From positions 1-56,708 of the forward strand of contig CAILQE010000002.1 of the NCBI GenBank assembly GCA_903836325.1: 56,708 nucleotides of DNA. Direction: 5' to 3'. Position numbers and translations under genes: made by a program. Of the stretch, positions 37,744 to 48,422 are shown piece after piece (the stretch's first letter is position 1; every line of letters starts with the position of its first letter). Below the pieces are notes generated by a model, which was not told the DNA's origin, ran no database searches, and saw only the letters and a program-made list of their open reading frames with translations. This DNA comes from an uncultured Candidatus Saccharibacteria bacterium. GTDB taxonomy: Bacteria; Patescibacteriota; Saccharimonadia; Saccharimonadales; UBA4665.

Positions 37744-38496
37744 CTATTGGGTAAGGATTTCGTATCCGTCTTCTGTGATCAATATAGTGTGTTCAAAATG
37801 TGCAGACCAACTACCGTCTTGAGTTAGAATAGTCCATTTATCTTCCGCCAGTCTTACATTATAGTCTCCTAGCGTCACCATGGGCTCAATGGCTATAGTC
37901 ATTCCCTTGCTTAGCCATGGTCCTGTACCTTTTCTTCCATAATTAGGAATATTTGGATCTTCATGGAGGCTATGTCCCACTCCATGACCTACTAAATCTT
38001 GCACTATTCCATATTTATATTTATCTAATACATCTTGGATAGCATTTCCTATATCGCCCGTTCTAATTCCGTCATGAATAACATTTATTCCGGCCATAAG
38101 AGATTCTTTAGTTCGTTCCACTAATTGAATATGTTGGTTCTGTTTTGGTTTTCCGGCAATTACAGTTCTAGCTGCATCAGTTATCATTCCCTGATAAGTA
38201 ACTCCGAAATCCATACCAACTAAATCTCCCTCTTGAATAATTCGTTTCTTACTTGGAATTCCATGAACTATTTCATCGTTTAAAGAAACACAAAGCACGT
38301 CCGGAAAACCCTGATACCCTAAGAATGTTGGCTGACCACCAAGTTTTTTTAACTCTTTTGCAGCAATGTTGCTAAGATCCTTTGTGCTCATCCCTGGTTT
38401 TAATTCTTTTTCAAGAATATCAAGAACCTGAGCCAACATCTTGCCGGACTTTCTCATCAGATTGATTTCGTTTTGAGTTTTTACTTTAGTAAACAT
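37744..38496 (-). CDS. map: Methionine aminopeptidase, type I
   Basis: 250 aa with metal ligands in the conserved contexts (DFGVTYQGMITDAART, GHGVGHSLHE, IEPM, FEHT). Confidence 0.95.
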   Translation of the reverse strand: MFTKVKTQNEINLMRKSGKMLAQVLDILEKELKPGMSTKDLSNIAAKELKKLGGQPTFLGYQGFPDVLCVSLNDEIVHGIPSKKRIIQEGDLVGMDFGVTYQGMITDAARTVIAGKPKQNQHIQLVERTKESLMAGINVIHDGIRTGDIGNAIQDVLDKYKYGIVQDLVGHGVGHSLHEDPNIPNYGRKGTGPWLSKGMTIAIEPMVTLGDYNVRLAEDKWTILTQDGSWSAHFEHTILITEDGYEILTQ

Positions 38497-38503
38497 AATT
38501 TAA

Positions 38504-39034
38504 CTATACTAAATATTTGATAATATCGTTATGAATTTCTTCAGCACTTCTATTCGCATCAATATCTACTAGTGGTAACTTAGAATTTTTATATATTCTA
38601 ATTAGCGGTTTAGTCATCCGTTCAAACACTTCGAATCTTTTTTCGATAATTTCTTCTTTATCATCATCTCTTCCCCTGGTGATCAATCTATCCTTAACCA
38701 CTTCTTCCGATGCCTCCAGGTTAACTATTAGAGTTAAATGATAATTACCAGCTTCAACTTGAGAAACTAGCCATTCTGCTTGACCTACAGTTCTAGGGAA
38801 TCCATCTAATACAAATTCAGTTTCCTTACCATATTTTTCTATATTTTTTTTAACTATATCAATAGTTTCTGAATCTGAAATTAATTCGCCGGCTAACAAA
38901 CTTGGATTATTGGTGTCTTTTAAGGCTTCTCTGAATAACTTTCCGGTCGACACCCAATCGCATCCCAATTCTTTTGCAATTAATTGACCCTGCGTACTCT
39001 TTCCGGACCCTGCAATTCCAATAAATATAATCAC
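38504..39034 (-). CDS. adk: Adenylate kinase (short-lid form)
   Basis: P-loop GIAGSGKST and LDGFPRTVGQAEWL; 176 aa; adjacent to map as in spc-type clusters. Confidence 0.8.
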   Translation of the reverse strand: MIIFIGIAGSGKSTQGQLIAKELGCDWVSTGKLFREALKDTNNPSLLAGELISDSETIDIVKKNIEKYGKETEFVLDGFPRTVGQAEWLVSQVEAGNYHLTLIVNLEASEEVVKDRLITRGRDDDKEEIIEKRFEVFERMTKPLIRIYKNSKLPLVDIDANRSAEEIHNDIIKYLV

Positions 39035-39474
39035 TAACCTATTTTTTCCTTCACTAATTTAGCTATATCACCGCCATCGGCAGCACCTTGAGTTTTAGCC
39101 CTAACCATTCCTATGATTTGTCCCATATTTGAACCCTGATTTTCTGAGACTATTTGATCTACCACCTTAGACAGTTCATCTAAACTCATCTTAGCAGGAA
39201 GATATTTATCTATAATTTTCTTTTCAGACAATTCTTTATCGGCTCTATCTTGATTACCGCCCTGTACGTATAAATCAGCGCTTTCTTGTCTTTTTTTAGA
39301 TTCTTTAGAGAAAACAGAAATAATTTCCTGATTGTCTAATTCTTGATCTCTCTTGCTATTAGCGACTTTGTAATAAAGTAATGCGGATTTAAGCCCTCTA
39401 AGGACTTCTGTTGTTTCCGAGTCACGAGCTAACATAGCAGTCTTTATGTCCTGCTCTAGCTGCTTCTCGATCAT
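39034..39474 (-). CDS. GatB/YqeY domain-containing protein
   Basis: 146 aa with the typical YqeY N-terminus (IKTAMLARDSETTEVLRGLKSAL). Downstream of rpsU, as in many bacteria. Confidence 0.8.
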   Translation of the reverse strand: MIEKQLEQDIKTAMLARDSETTEVLRGLKSALLYYKVANSKRDQELDNQEIISVFSKESKKRQESADLYVQGGNQDRADKELSEKKIIDKYLPAKMSLDELSKVVDQIVSENQGSNMGQIIGMVRAKTQGAADGGDIAKLVKEKIG

Positions 39475-39478
39475 AATC

Positions 39479-39703
39479 TTATTTTATTCCTGGTTTAGCT
39501 GTTCTAGCTTTAGGAAATTTAACTAAAGCACGTTCTTTTCGAGATATTGCCTTTTTTCTTCTTTCGTTTCTAGATATTGGCTTCTCAAAATACTGTCTTT
39601 CTTTAAGTAAGGTTAATACACCAGACTGTTGTACTTTACGATTAAATCTTCGAAGTAAATTCTCTACAGATTCTTTGTTGTCTTTTCTTGTTACTTTGAT
39701 CAT
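39479..39703 (-). CDS. rpsU: 30S ribosomal protein S21
   Basis: 74 aa, basic, with LRRFNRKVQQSGVL...YFEKPS..RR. Confidence 0.9.
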   Translation of the reverse strand: MIKVTRKDNKESVENLLRRFNRKVQQSGVLTLLKERQYFEKPISRNERRKKAISRKERALVKFPKARTAKPGIK

Positions 39704-39748
39704 CGGTATAAATTATACTTTACAGGGGTAATTAAATCAATAGTTAAT

Positions 39749-40036
39749 TTAACCTGTAACTCTTTTCTGATTAGTTTTCTGTGACTTCAAAACAATACTC
39801 TGTAATTCTTTAAATATAACGAAGTGCTTATTAGTAGAATAGACTTTAGTGTTACCCTGTTTTTCAGAAACTAAGAATCCAACCTTCTCTAATTTCTTAA
39901 GTTCACGCTGAATATTTCCAGCATCTTCCTTAATTAATTTAGCAAGGCCTCTTACATGAGTCTTGAAATCTGGGTATTTTGCGTAAATTACTATTATTTT
40001 TCTTCTTACGCGTGAAGTTATAAACGTATCTAACAT
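39749..40036 (-). CDS. Small winged-helix DNA-binding protein (ArsR/MarR-like wHTH)
   Basis: 95 aa. The LAKLIKEDAGNIQRELKKLEKVGFLVSEKQGNTKVY pattern is helix-turn-helix followed by a wing. Confidence 0.5.
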   Translation of the reverse strand: MLDTFITSRVRRKIIVIYAKYPDFKTHVRGLAKLIKEDAGNIQRELKKLEKVGFLVSEKQGNTKVYSTNKHFVIFKELQSIVLKSQKTNQKRVTG

Positions 40037-40170
40037 AAGCCTCCATTGTCATTAGAACAACATAATTTGTAGTATATATTGTTGTTTTTTAATAATCAAC
40101 TACTATTTGAATCTTATCATAAAAATAAATAAATAATCTATAAAATAGAAGTGTATGAGAAAATAGCATT

Positions 40171-42105
40171 ATGTTCTATTACGACGTCTGGGTAAGAAGT
40201 GGGAAGTATAAAGGTGATAAACCTCTAACTTATTCTTCTGATGTGAAAATAATGAACGGAAGCATAGTTCAAGTTGAGCTGCAAAAAGAAATTGTTAATG
40301 GTTTTGTGTCAGGTTCTACAACGAAACCTAGATTTAATATTAAAAATATTACAAATATATTCGAACTATCTCCCATACCTGAGAATTATTTGAAATTAAT
40401 GGAATGGTTAGTAGAGTTTTATCCATCAAGCATCGGAGAAGCTACTCGACAGATTCTGCCCCTAAAATTCCCTGTCAAAATTAAAATTGAAGATGCCTCG
40501 TCTGAATACAAGCTACCCGATCCTCTGCCAACACTTACGAATGATCAAAGAAAAGCACTAAAAGATATCCATCAACCAGATACTTACCTTCTTCACGGAA
40601 GGACTGGAAGTGGAAAGACACGAGTATACATAGAATTAATTAGAGAAACCTTTGAAGAAAACAAATCTTGCATAGTTCTAACTCCTGAAATCAGCTTAAC
40701 CTCTCAACTCTACAAAAATTTATTTAGTCAGTTTGGAGATAAAGTAGTCTTGCTTCATTCTAGACAAAGTCCGTCAGAGAGAATTAAGGCATGGTTAAAA
40801 ATCTTAAATTCTGACAGCCCTCTAGCGGTAATAGGTCCTCGTTCTGCCCTGTTCTCGCCGCTTAGGAGCCTAGGTTTAATAGTCGTCGATGAATCTCACG
40901 AAAATAGCTACAAACAAGATCAAATGCCTCATTACGTAGCTACAAGAGTAGCTTCTTATCTAAGTTCGATTAGCAAATCAAAATTAGTAATAGGAAGTGC
41001 AACTCCACTTATAGCGGACTACTTTTTGGCTAAAGAGAAAAATAAAAAAATCATTGAGATGAATACTACTGCAATCAAGACCGATGATGTAAGTAAAAAT
41101 GTTAGTGTTGTAGATCTTAAAGATAAGAGTCTTTTTACTAAATCTGAAGTATTATCTGATGAACTTATTGATTCCATTAGAGAATCCCTGTCAAAAAACG
41201 AACAAGCTCTCCTGTATCTCAACAGAAGAGGCACTGCCAAAATAGTAATCTGTAATGAATGTGGATGGGAAGCTTTATGTGATCACTGCAATCTTCCAAT
41301 GACTTATCACGGAGACACACATCAACTAATTTGTCATACATGCGGTAAAAGAATAAGTAAAATACCTAACACCTGCCCTGAATGCAAGAAAGAATCACTT
41401 AGTTTCAGCTCAATTGGCACAAAAGCAGTAGTCGACGATGTTAAGCGAATATTTAAAGGGGCAAATATTCAGAGATTTGATACAGATAATCTTAAATCCG
41501 AAAGTATAGAAAACCATCTGGAAAGCATAAGATCGGGCAAAATAGATATAATCATCGGAACTCAGCTGCTAGCAAAAGGTTTTGACCTGCCGAAACTCTC
41601 AACATTAGGAGTAATTCAGGCAGATACAAGCTTATATCTTCCAGATTTTAGTAGCGAAGAGCGTACTTTTCAATTAATTAGTCAAGTATTAGGACGAATT
41701 AACAGAGGTCATGTTTCAGGTAAAGCCTTTATTCAGACATACAATCCAGAAGATAAAATATTTAAATATGCAATCAATCACGATTACGAATCGTTCTATA
41801 CAAAAGAACTCAACAACAGAAAAAAATTTAAATTGCCACCCTACTATCACCTATTAAAGCTATCTGTAATGAGAAAGAGTCCAGAAAGTTCTGAAAATGC
41901 AGCTGAAACTCTCAAAAAATCACTTAAAGAGTCCTTCAAAGGAATAATAATTGAAGGTCCTGCTCCTTCCTTCCACGAAAAGCATGGAAATTATTATGAA
42001 TGGATTTTAGTTGTAAAAAGCACAAGCAGAAATAGCCTCATCTCTGTAATTAAGTCACTGCCGTCCGGCTGGCACCATGACATTGATCCGCTTAATTTGT
42101 TGTAA
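40171..42105 (+). CDS. priA: Primosomal replication-restart helicase PriA
   Basis: Walker A GRTGSGKT, DESH box and Cys-rich zinc insert (CNECGW...CDHC...CHTCG...CPEC); 644 aa. Confidence 0.9.
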   Translation: MFYYDVWVRSGKYKGDKPLTYSSDVKIMNGSIVQVELQKEIVNGFVSGSTTKPRFNIKNITNIFELSPIPENYLKLMEWLVEFYPSSIGEATRQILPLKFPVKIKIEDASSEYKLPDPLPTLTNDQRKALKDIHQPDTYLLHGRTGSGKTRVYIELIRETFEENKSCIVLTPEISLTSQLYKNLFSQFGDKVVLLHSRQSPSERIKAWLKILNSDSPLAVIGPRSALFSPLRSLGLIVVDESHENSYKQDQMPHYVATRVASYLSSISKSKLVIGSATPLIADYFLAKEKNKKIIEMNTTAIKTDDVSKNVSVVDLKDKSLFTKSEVLSDELIDSIRESLSKNEQALLYLNRRGTAKIVICNECGWEALCDHCNLPMTYHGDTHQLICHTCGKRISKIPNTCPECKKESLSFSSIGTKAVVDDVKRIFKGANIQRFDTDNLKSESIENHLESIRSGKIDIIIGTQLLAKGFDLPKLSTLGVIQADTSLYLPDFSSEERTFQLISQVLGRINRGHVSGKAFIQTYNPEDKIFKYAINHDYESFYTKELNNRKKFKLPPYYHLLKLSVMRKSPESSENAAETLKKSLKESFKGIIIEGPAPSFHEKHGNYYEWILVVKSTSRNSLISVIKSLPSGWHHDIDPLNLL

Positions 42106-42173
42106 ATATATTAACAAAGATTTGAATAATCTTTTTAACATAATGTATGTTTTGTTTTATACTGTAATTAATA

Positions 42174-42743
42174 ATGAACAACAAATTAATAACTCTTCCA
42201 AATCCATCTCTTCGCAAAGTTTCTGCTGATGTTAAGGAAATTAACGATAAGATACTAGGTATTATTAAAGATATGGAAGAATCTACTCTTGATTGGGATC
42301 AGAGCCGAGAACATGAAGTCGGAGTAGCCCTAGCCGCAGTTCAAATTAACAAATTATATAGAATAGTGATTCTAAGAGATGACCACGAAGATAAATACAG
42401 TGCAACTTTTACAATATTCATCAATCCAGAGATAGAAAAATCTTTCGGTGACATAGTTATGGATTACGAAGGCTGTTTAAGTATTCCAGATATTTATGGA
42501 AAAGTTCCCAGATACAACAAGGTTAAAGTTAAAGCACTGGATACTAATCTTAATAAAATTGAATTAACGGCTAGCGGATTCCTTGCTAGAGTATTTCAGC
42601 ACGAAATCGATCATACAAATGGAATAGTTTTTATAGATCATATTAAAGATAATCCTGACGCATTTTACATCCTAGATACTAGCGGTAAATTAATTAAACA
42701 AGATTATGAACAAATCAAAAAAAATACTACTCTTTGGCAATGA
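42174..42743 (+). CDS. def: Peptide deformylase
   Basis: Motifs GVALAAVQI, EGCLS and HEIDH. Confidence 0.93.
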   Translation: MNNKLITLPNPSLRKVSADVKEINDKILGIIKDMEESTLDWDQSREHEVGVALAAVQINKLYRIVILRDDHEDKYSATFTIFINPEIEKSFGDIVMDYEGCLSIPDIYGKVPRYNKVKVKALDTNLNKIELTASGFLARVFQHEIDHTNGIVFIDHIKDNPDAFYILDTSGKLIKQDYEQIKKNTTLWQ

Positions 42744-43617
42744 AAGAATAGCTACCTCGGTAGAAACTAAAGCTCCTATTTTTAGATATTTAATGCAAAA
42801 CTACAATGTAGTAGGATTAGTAGTTTCTGAAAAGAAGAACATGGATTCTCTTGAAGTAGTTAAGTTAGCAAAAGAAAATAATATAGAAGTATATAATTTT
42901 ACTAAATTGAAAGATTCGATTGAGGATATTCGGAAATTAGAAGCAGATATAGCGGTACTTATTGCGTATGGAAAAATAATACCTCAATCAATTATAGATA
43001 TATTTCCAATGGGGATACTTAATATACACCCATCGTTGCTCCCGATGCACAGAGGCCCTACTCCGCTTGAGAGCGTTATTCTGGGCAATGAAACTAAGAC
43101 AGGCGTAAGTTTAATGCATTTAAGTAGCGGAATGGATTCAGGGCCTGTATACGCTCAAAAGACGATTAATCTTAATCAAAAAGAAACTAAACAAGAATTA
43201 GCTAATATATTAGATGAATTAGGTTATAGTATTTTTAAAGAAGATTTTGAAGATATTCTTTCTGGAAAAATAACTCCTGTTGAACAAAAAGATGAACTAG
43301 CTACATATGATCAATTGATCAACAAAACGAATAGCAATATAGACTGGAACGAATCATCTCTACAAATAATTAATAAAATTAGAGCTTATGAGGGATGGCC
43401 AGGAACAAAAACTATACTTGGTAAATTAAACGTTAATATAGTATCAGCTGACATTTCAAACTATAAAGGTAATCCAGGAGAATTCCTTATAGAGAACGGT
43501 CGATTGTATATCTATACTCTGGATTCAAGTTTAGAAATAAAAACAATTCAACCTGAAGGCCGAAAAATTATGACAGCAAGAGACTTCTTATTGGGCTATT
43601 CAAATAAGATTAATTAG
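42706..43617 (+). CDS. fmt: Methionyl-tRNA formyltransferase
   Basis: Formyltransferase core (LNIHPSLLPMHRGPTP) and a C-terminal tRNA-binding domain. Overlaps def by 38 nt. Confidence 0.9.
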   Translation: MNKSKKILLFGNERIATSVETKAPIFRYLMQNYNVVGLVVSEKKNMDSLEVVKLAKENNIEVYNFTKLKDSIEDIRKLEADIAVLIAYGKIIPQSIIDIFPMGILNIHPSLLPMHRGPTPLESVILGNETKTGVSLMHLSSGMDSGPVYAQKTINLNQKETKQELANILDELGYSIFKEDFEDILSGKITPVEQKDELATYDQLINKTNSNIDWNESSLQIINKIRAYEGWPGTKTILGKLNVNIVSADISNYKGNPGEFLIENGRLYIYTLDSSLEIKTIQPEGRKIMTARDFLLGYSNKIN

Positions 43618-43936
43618 AAGGTTGATCTGTTGATGCACTTAAAATCTTAGCAGAATCTCCTGCAACTTCTTTTTTAAGCTTATCGAATTCTTCTTGAACT
43701 ACATCTTTATAGTTAGGGAAATTGGTTTGGAGCCAATTATACGCACCTTTATCATCTTTAGATTGAAAGAACTGTTCAAATTCATCGAATTGGCTTTCAT
43801 TCATTTGCTCCGCCAGTCTCATTCCAACCCTAAGTTCGAGAGTTTCATATATGTGGTTTAGTAGAGCCGCTCTTTCTTCTTGAGGCAAATCGCCTAGTCC
43901 TACTTCTTTTAGTAAATTGTCGTTAATCTGTATCAT
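43610..43936 (-). CDS. Hypothetical small acidic helical protein
   Basis: 108-aa clean ORF with no motif I can name. Its 3' end converges on and overlaps fmt by 8 nt. Confidence 0.45.
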   Translation of the reverse strand: MIQINDNLLKEVGLGDLPQEERAALLNHIYETLELRVGMRLAEQMNESQFDEFEQFFQSKDDKGAYNWLQTNFPNYKDVVQEEFDKLKKEVAGDSAKILSASTDQPSN

Positions 43937-43963
43937 ACAATTCCTTTTTATAGATTATAACAT

Positions 43964-45733
43964 TTATAGTTTTCTTTGCACCAATTCTCTGCTAAAGAAT
44001 TCTAATTTATCTCCTTCGACTAAGTCTATCTTAGATTTAGTCTTAAGATCTATTCCACACATTTCACCTGCATTAACTTCCTTAACGTCATTATTGCTTC
44101 TCTTTAGGTTGTGCAGTATAGCTTCTGCGAGTACTTTTTTATCTCTAATTACTCGAACCAAGCTTGGTAGAACTACTTTTCCTGTTGTTACTTCACCACC
44201 ACAAATAACTTGTGTCTTTGTGGTATTAAATATACCTTTTATGGTTAATTTTCCGATTTCTTTTTCTACTACTTCTGGAGTTAACAGATCACTCAATTCT
44301 TTCTTAGCGTCATCAAGCATTTCATATATGATATCGAATAGTCGAATATTTATCTTGTCTCTTGATGCTTGCTGGATAACGGAACGAGGAGACGAAACAT
44401 TGAAACCATAAATAATAGCATTTGAACTATGTGCTAAATGGAGATCATTCTCATTAATCTGTCCGATTCCTGATCCTACGAATCTAATAGCTACTTCGTC
44501 TGTATCTAAGGATTTAAGGCTATCCATTACAGATATAAGCGAACCTTGAACATCTGCTTTAATAATCACATTAAGTTCGCTAAGTTTATTGTTTCTGTTA
44601 ATTAATCTAATTAAATCGCTGCTACTTATATCCATTCTGGAGTCTGATGAGCTTTTATTTTGAAGAGATTTTTCTGCCATATTTTTAGCTTCTTTTTCAT
44701 CTTTACAAAAGTTAAATTCATCTCCAAATTCTGGAAGAGTTTTGAATCCAGAAATAATAACTGGAGTAGAAGGACCTGCTTCCTTAAGCGGTCTCCCTTC
44801 ACTATCTTCAAGATTTCGAATTTTTGCGTAACTAGATCCAGCACAAATATAATCACCTTTTCTAATTACACCTCCCTCTACTAAAGCTCTGGCTATTGAA
44901 CCCCTTCCGGTTTCAACATGTGATTCGATAACTAATCCATATGCAGGAACATCATAATCGGCTTTTAGATCTTCAATATCAGTTACTAAGAAGACTAGGT
45001 CTAGTAGTTCTGGTATACCTTTTTTAGTTTTTGCAGACACTTCCTGAATTACTGTATCTCCGCCCCATTCTTCGATCATTAAGCCGTGTTCAGACAATTG
45101 CTGCTTAATTCTATTTGAATCAGCCCCTTCTTTATCGATCTTATTAATAGCAACGATTATTTTAACTCCTGCTTTTTTTGCATAACGAATAGCTTCTATA
45201 GTCTGTGGTTTTACTCCATCATCAGCAGCTACAACAATTATCGCGATATCAGTTAATGCTGCTCCGTGCTGCCTAATAGCAGCGAAAGCTTCATGTCCTG
45301 GAGTATCTAAAAATGTTATCAATCTATCATTGTGCTTAATTTGATAAGCGCTAATATGCTGAGTAATTCCACCAGCTTCTTTTTTTGCTACGTCTGTTGA
45401 CCTAATTGCGTCTAGCAAAGAGGTTTTACCGTGGTCTACGTGCCCCATAACGGCAACAACTGGTGGTCTAGGCTTAGCCTTACCAGTAAGTTCGTGAGAT
45501 GAAATCTTTATGATCTCGTCTTCGTTTTCAGCACTTCTTAATAACTCTACGTCTAAACCTAGTTCTTCAACAATTATTTGAGCTGTTTCAAAGTCGATCT
45601 TTTCATTAACGGTGGCCATAATACCGTTTTTCATCAATTCTGTAATTAGTCCTGTTACAGGTATAGAAAGCTTTTCGGCCAAGCTGCCTACAGTAATCAT
45701 CCCGTCTATTTGAATCTTGGTTTTTGACGCCAT
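43964..45733 (-). CDS. infB: Translation initiation factor IF-2 (short N-terminus)
   Basis: G domain ([21 protein letters not shown]); 589 aa. Confidence 0.96.
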   Translation of the reverse strand: MASKTKIQIDGMITVGSLAEKLSIPVTGLITELMKNGIMATVNEKIDFETAQIIVEELGLDVELLRSAENEDEIIKISSHELTGKAKPRPPVVAVMGHVDHGKTSLLDAIRSTDVAKKEAGGITQHISAYQIKHNDRLITFLDTPGHEAFAAIRQHGAALTDIAIIVVAADDGVKPQTIEAIRYAKKAGVKIIVAINKIDKEGADSNRIKQQLSEHGLMIEEWGGDTVIQEVSAKTKKGIPELLDLVFLVTDIEDLKADYDVPAYGLVIESHVETGRGSIARALVEGGVIRKGDYICAGSSYAKIRNLEDSEGRPLKEAGPSTPVIISGFKTLPEFGDEFNFCKDEKEAKNMAEKSLQNKSSSDSRMDISSSDLIRLINRNNKLSELNVIIKADVQGSLISVMDSLKSLDTDEVAIRFVGSGIGQINENDLHLAHSSNAIIYGFNVSSPRSVIQQASRDKINIRLFDIIYEMLDDAKKELSDLLTPEVVEKEIGKLTIKGIFNTTKTQVICGGEVTTGKVVLPSLVRVIRDKKVLAEAILHNLKRSNNDVKEVNAGEMCGIDLKTKSKIDLVEGDKLEFFSRELVQRKL

Positions 45734-45774
45734 AGTAGCTCCTTCTGGCCGAAAGGCCTTTTTAGATATTCATC

Positions 45775-46920
45775 TTATTCCTTGGACTTATCAGCAGTCT
45801 TCTTGGCAGGCTTGCTGTCTTCAGACTTTTCACTTTTCTTAGCAGTTTTAACTGATGCACCAGTATCCTTTAGGGATAGGGCTATCTTTCTATTTTCAGT
45901 ATCAACATCCAACACTTTGAAATCTTTAATTTCATTTAATTGGAATAGCTGTTCTGGATCAATACTTTCGTCATCGCTCATTTCTGAAACGTGAACTAAA
46001 GCTTCAACACTTGGGCTTAGTTGAACGAATGCTCCAAATGGAGTAATTCTAGTTACTTTTCCTTTTACTAATTGGCCCTTATTAAAATCTTTAACTTGTT
46101 CTAACCATGGGTCTTGGCTCATCTGCTTAAGACTTAGGCTTAATCGGTCTTTTTCGATAGCTATGATTTTAGCTTCGACTTCCTGACCAATTTTTAAGAA
46201 ATTCTTTGGGTTATCTACACGATCCCAAGATATTTCTGAAATATGAATTAATCCTTCAATTCCATCTATGTTAACGAAAGCACCGAAATCTATTACTCCG
46301 GTAATTACTCCCTTAGCAGCGTCTCCGACTTTCATTTCGGCAAACTTAGACTGAATAACATCTTTCATTGCTTCTTTTTCGGAAACAATTAGCTTGTTAT
46401 CTTTTCGACTTACATCTAGAACTCGTACTTTAAGAACTTCTCTAGTTAAAGCATTAAGCTTCTGGAGAATTTCATCTTTATCTGCTCCAGTTACACGAGG
46501 ATAATGTCCAGGTGCTAATTGAGAAACAGGTAAAAATCCTCTGATTCCTTCTAGTTCGATTAAAAGACCTCCACGATTTGCATCGTAAGGAGTAAGATCG
46601 ATAGTTTCCTGAGCTTCAAATAATCTTTGAACTTCATCCCATCCTTTATCTTTAGCAACTCGTTTCATGCTAAGTAAAGCTTGGCCGTCTTCCATGTCTG
46701 GATCAAGAACGCTAACACTTATATTAGCTCCTTCTTGAAGTTCTTGGCCGTGACCTAGTTCTCTTCGCATCACCACGCCGATACCATGAGCTCCTAAATC
46801 TATCCATACTTCGTTCTTTTTAATTGATAGTATTGTACCCTCTAAAATATCTCCGATATTTAGAGTTTTAATGTCTGAGTCTTTTAACAACTCATCCATG
46901 TTTAATAATTGTTTTGACAT
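45775..46920 (-). CDS. rpsA: 30S ribosomal protein S1 (four S1 domains)
   Basis: Repeated S1 OB motifs (G.V..I..FGAFV, GLIHISE, ALVHVSE) and a Lys-rich C-terminal tail; 381 aa. Confidence 0.88.
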   Translation of the reverse strand: MSKQLLNMDELLKDSDIKTLNIGDILEGTILSIKKNEVWIDLGAHGIGVVMRRELGHGQELQEGANISVSVLDPDMEDGQALLSMKRVAKDKGWDEVQRLFEAQETIDLTPYDANRGGLLIELEGIRGFLPVSQLAPGHYPRVTGADKDEILQKLNALTREVLKVRVLDVSRKDNKLIVSEKEAMKDVIQSKFAEMKVGDAAKGVITGVIDFGAFVNIDGIEGLIHISEISWDRVDNPKNFLKIGQEVEAKIIAIEKDRLSLSLKQMSQDPWLEQVKDFNKGQLVKGKVTRITPFGAFVQLSPSVEALVHVSEMSDDESIDPEQLFQLNEIKDFKVLDVDTENRKIALSLKDTGASVKTAKKSEKSEDSKPAKKTADKSKE

Positions 46921-47006
46921 TTAAAAAATGCCTCCTTAAAAAATATTTTCTTAGATTAAAATCTACTAAATAAATAGTTGGATTTTTACACTTAAGATTA
47001 GTTAAA

Positions 47007-47035
47007 ATTATACCTTATTTTACCTTGAGAGTAAA
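47007..47035 (-). promoter_or_regulatory. Sigma-70-like promoter for rpsA (TTTACT-17-TATAAT)
   Basis: On the minus strand the -35 is at 47035-47030 and a perfect -10 at 47012-47007, with a 17-nt spacer. This leaves a leader of ~80 nt before the AGGAGG SD. Confidence 0.45.
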
Positions 47036-47102
47036 CATCGATCGACTGAGAGTAAATTAAAATTCTCTAAAAAAAATTATTTATTATAAAATCAGTGTAG
47101 TT

Positions 47103-47918
47103 ATGTACTTAGGAATAGATGTTGGGGGAACAAAAACTTTAATAGCCGCTTTCGATGAAAGAGGTAAAATTACTTTTGAGAAAACCTTTCATACTCCTCA
47201 GAGCTATTCTGCATTTTTAGATCAATTAAGTTTCGAGGTTAGCCCACTTGAAGTCGATAAATTTAAATCCGTCTGTGTCGGTCTACCCGCATCAGTAATA
47301 GATCGCGACAATTCAGAAGCAAAAATATTTACGAATCTAGCATGGCATAACATTAAAATTGCTCATGATCTTAGAAGAATATTCCCCTGTCCTATTTATT
47401 TTGAAAATGATGCTAAATTAGCAGGATACTACGAAGCGATAGAATTAGGAAAAAAGTACGATCGAGTTCTATACGTAACGATTAGTACAGGAATCGGATA
47501 TTCATTAATAGTAAAAGAAGAAATTAACACAGAAATTGGCGATCCAGGTGGGAGTGATATATATATTGAACGTGACGGAAAGATGATAACTTGGGAAAAT
47601 GCTACTTCAGGAAAAGCTATTGTAGAAAAATATGGAAAAAAAGCTGAGGATATCAACGATGAAGCGACTTGGCAATTAATCAGCAAAGACATTAACAAAG
47701 GTTTATTAGAACTTATAGCCATTTTGGAGCCCGATGCGGTAGTATTTGGTGGTTCAGTTGGAGAATACTTCCATAAATATTCAGAGTATCTAAGAAGCGA
47801 TTTAAATAGATATAAACTTCCTTCGCTTAAATTACCTGATTTAATAAAAGCTAAAGAAGCAGAAAAAGCTGTAGTATTTGGATGCTATTATTACTGCAAG
47901 AGAAACCCAAATGGATGA
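47103..47918 (+). CDS. ROK-family / glucokinase-like sugar kinase (no N-terminal HTH)
   Basis: N-terminal ATP motif YLGIDVGGTKT; ENDAKLAG; 271 aa. Confidence 0.7.
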   Translation: MYLGIDVGGTKTLIAAFDERGKITFEKTFHTPQSYSAFLDQLSFEVSPLEVDKFKSVCVGLPASVIDRDNSEAKIFTNLAWHNIKIAHDLRRIFPCPIYFENDAKLAGYYEAIELGKKYDRVLYVTISTGIGYSLIVKEEINTEIGDPGGSDIYIERDGKMITWENATSGKAIVEKYGKKAEDINDEATWQLISKDINKGLLELIAILEPDAVVFGGSVGEYFHKYSEYLRSDLNRYKLPSLKLPDLIKAKEAEKAVVFGCYYYCKRNPNG

Positions 47919-48372
47919 TCTAATTAATAAATTAGAGAAAAAATATTCTAAAATTAAATTTGAAGAATCAGATAAATTTTATTGGTCACCTTCTAAAGAA
48001 ATTGTTTATTACAACTCCAGCACTAAAGATATAGACTCTTCAAAATGGGCATTACTTCACGAAGTCGGACACGCCCTTCTTCAACATAAAGGCTATGATC
48101 AAGATTTTATATTACTTAGAATGGAAGTTTTAGCATGGGAAAAAGCTAAAAAAATATCTAAAAAATTTTCAGTAAAAATTGACGAAGATCATATTCAAGA
48201 TTGCTTAGACACATATAGAGATTGGATATACAAAAGAAGCTTATGTCCTAAATGTTCTACAATAAGTCTTCAAAATAATAAAGATAATAAGTATAGATGT
48301 TTCAATTGCTCTTCTGTCTGGCAAGTAACTTCATCTAAGTTTTGCCGTCCATATAGAACATTAGTTAAATAA
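47911..48372 (+). CDS. Putative zinc metalloprotease (ImmA/IrrE-like HExxH) with a C-terminal zinc ribbon
   Basis: LLHEVGHALLQH plus CPKC...CFNC. I start it at the ATG at 47911 (ATGGATGA overlap with the upstream stop) rather than the ORF-track 47878. Confidence 0.45.
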   Translation: MDDLINKLEKKYSKIKFEESDKFYWSPSKEIVYYNSSTKDIDSSKWALLHEVGHALLQHKGYDQDFILLRMEVLAWEKAKKISKKFSVKIDEDHIQDCLDTYRDWIYKRSLCPKCSTISLQNNKDNKYRCFNCSSVWQVTSSKFCRPYRTLVK

Positions 48373-48405
48373 AAAACCGGGATACTCGCAGTAATCCCGG
48401 TTTTG
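48371..48405. terminator. Bidirectional intrinsic terminator between convergent genes
   Basis: An A6 run, then stem AACCGGGAT / ATCCCGGTT (48375-48383 with 48394-48402) with a 10-nt loop, then a T-run. Confidence 0.7.
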
Positions 48406-48422
48406 TAATTACCTAAAATTAA

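Noticed and set aside
2601-44411. Antisense shadow ORFs inside well-supported genes (for example 2601-3074, 18481-18837, 20372-20734, 36758-37141, 43917-44411, 47429-47722)
   Set aside because: Each lies fully within a strongly identified CDS on the opposite strand and translates to low-complexity S/L/F/I-rich sequence typical of antisense frames in AT-rich DNA.
45747-45763. GGCC-GAAA-GGCC hairpin plus T5 between rpsA and infB
   Set aside because: It looks like a terminator only on the plus strand, where no gene is present. On the coding (minus) strand the A-run precedes the stem, so it does not terminate rpsA. It is probably a small structure adjacent to the infB SD.
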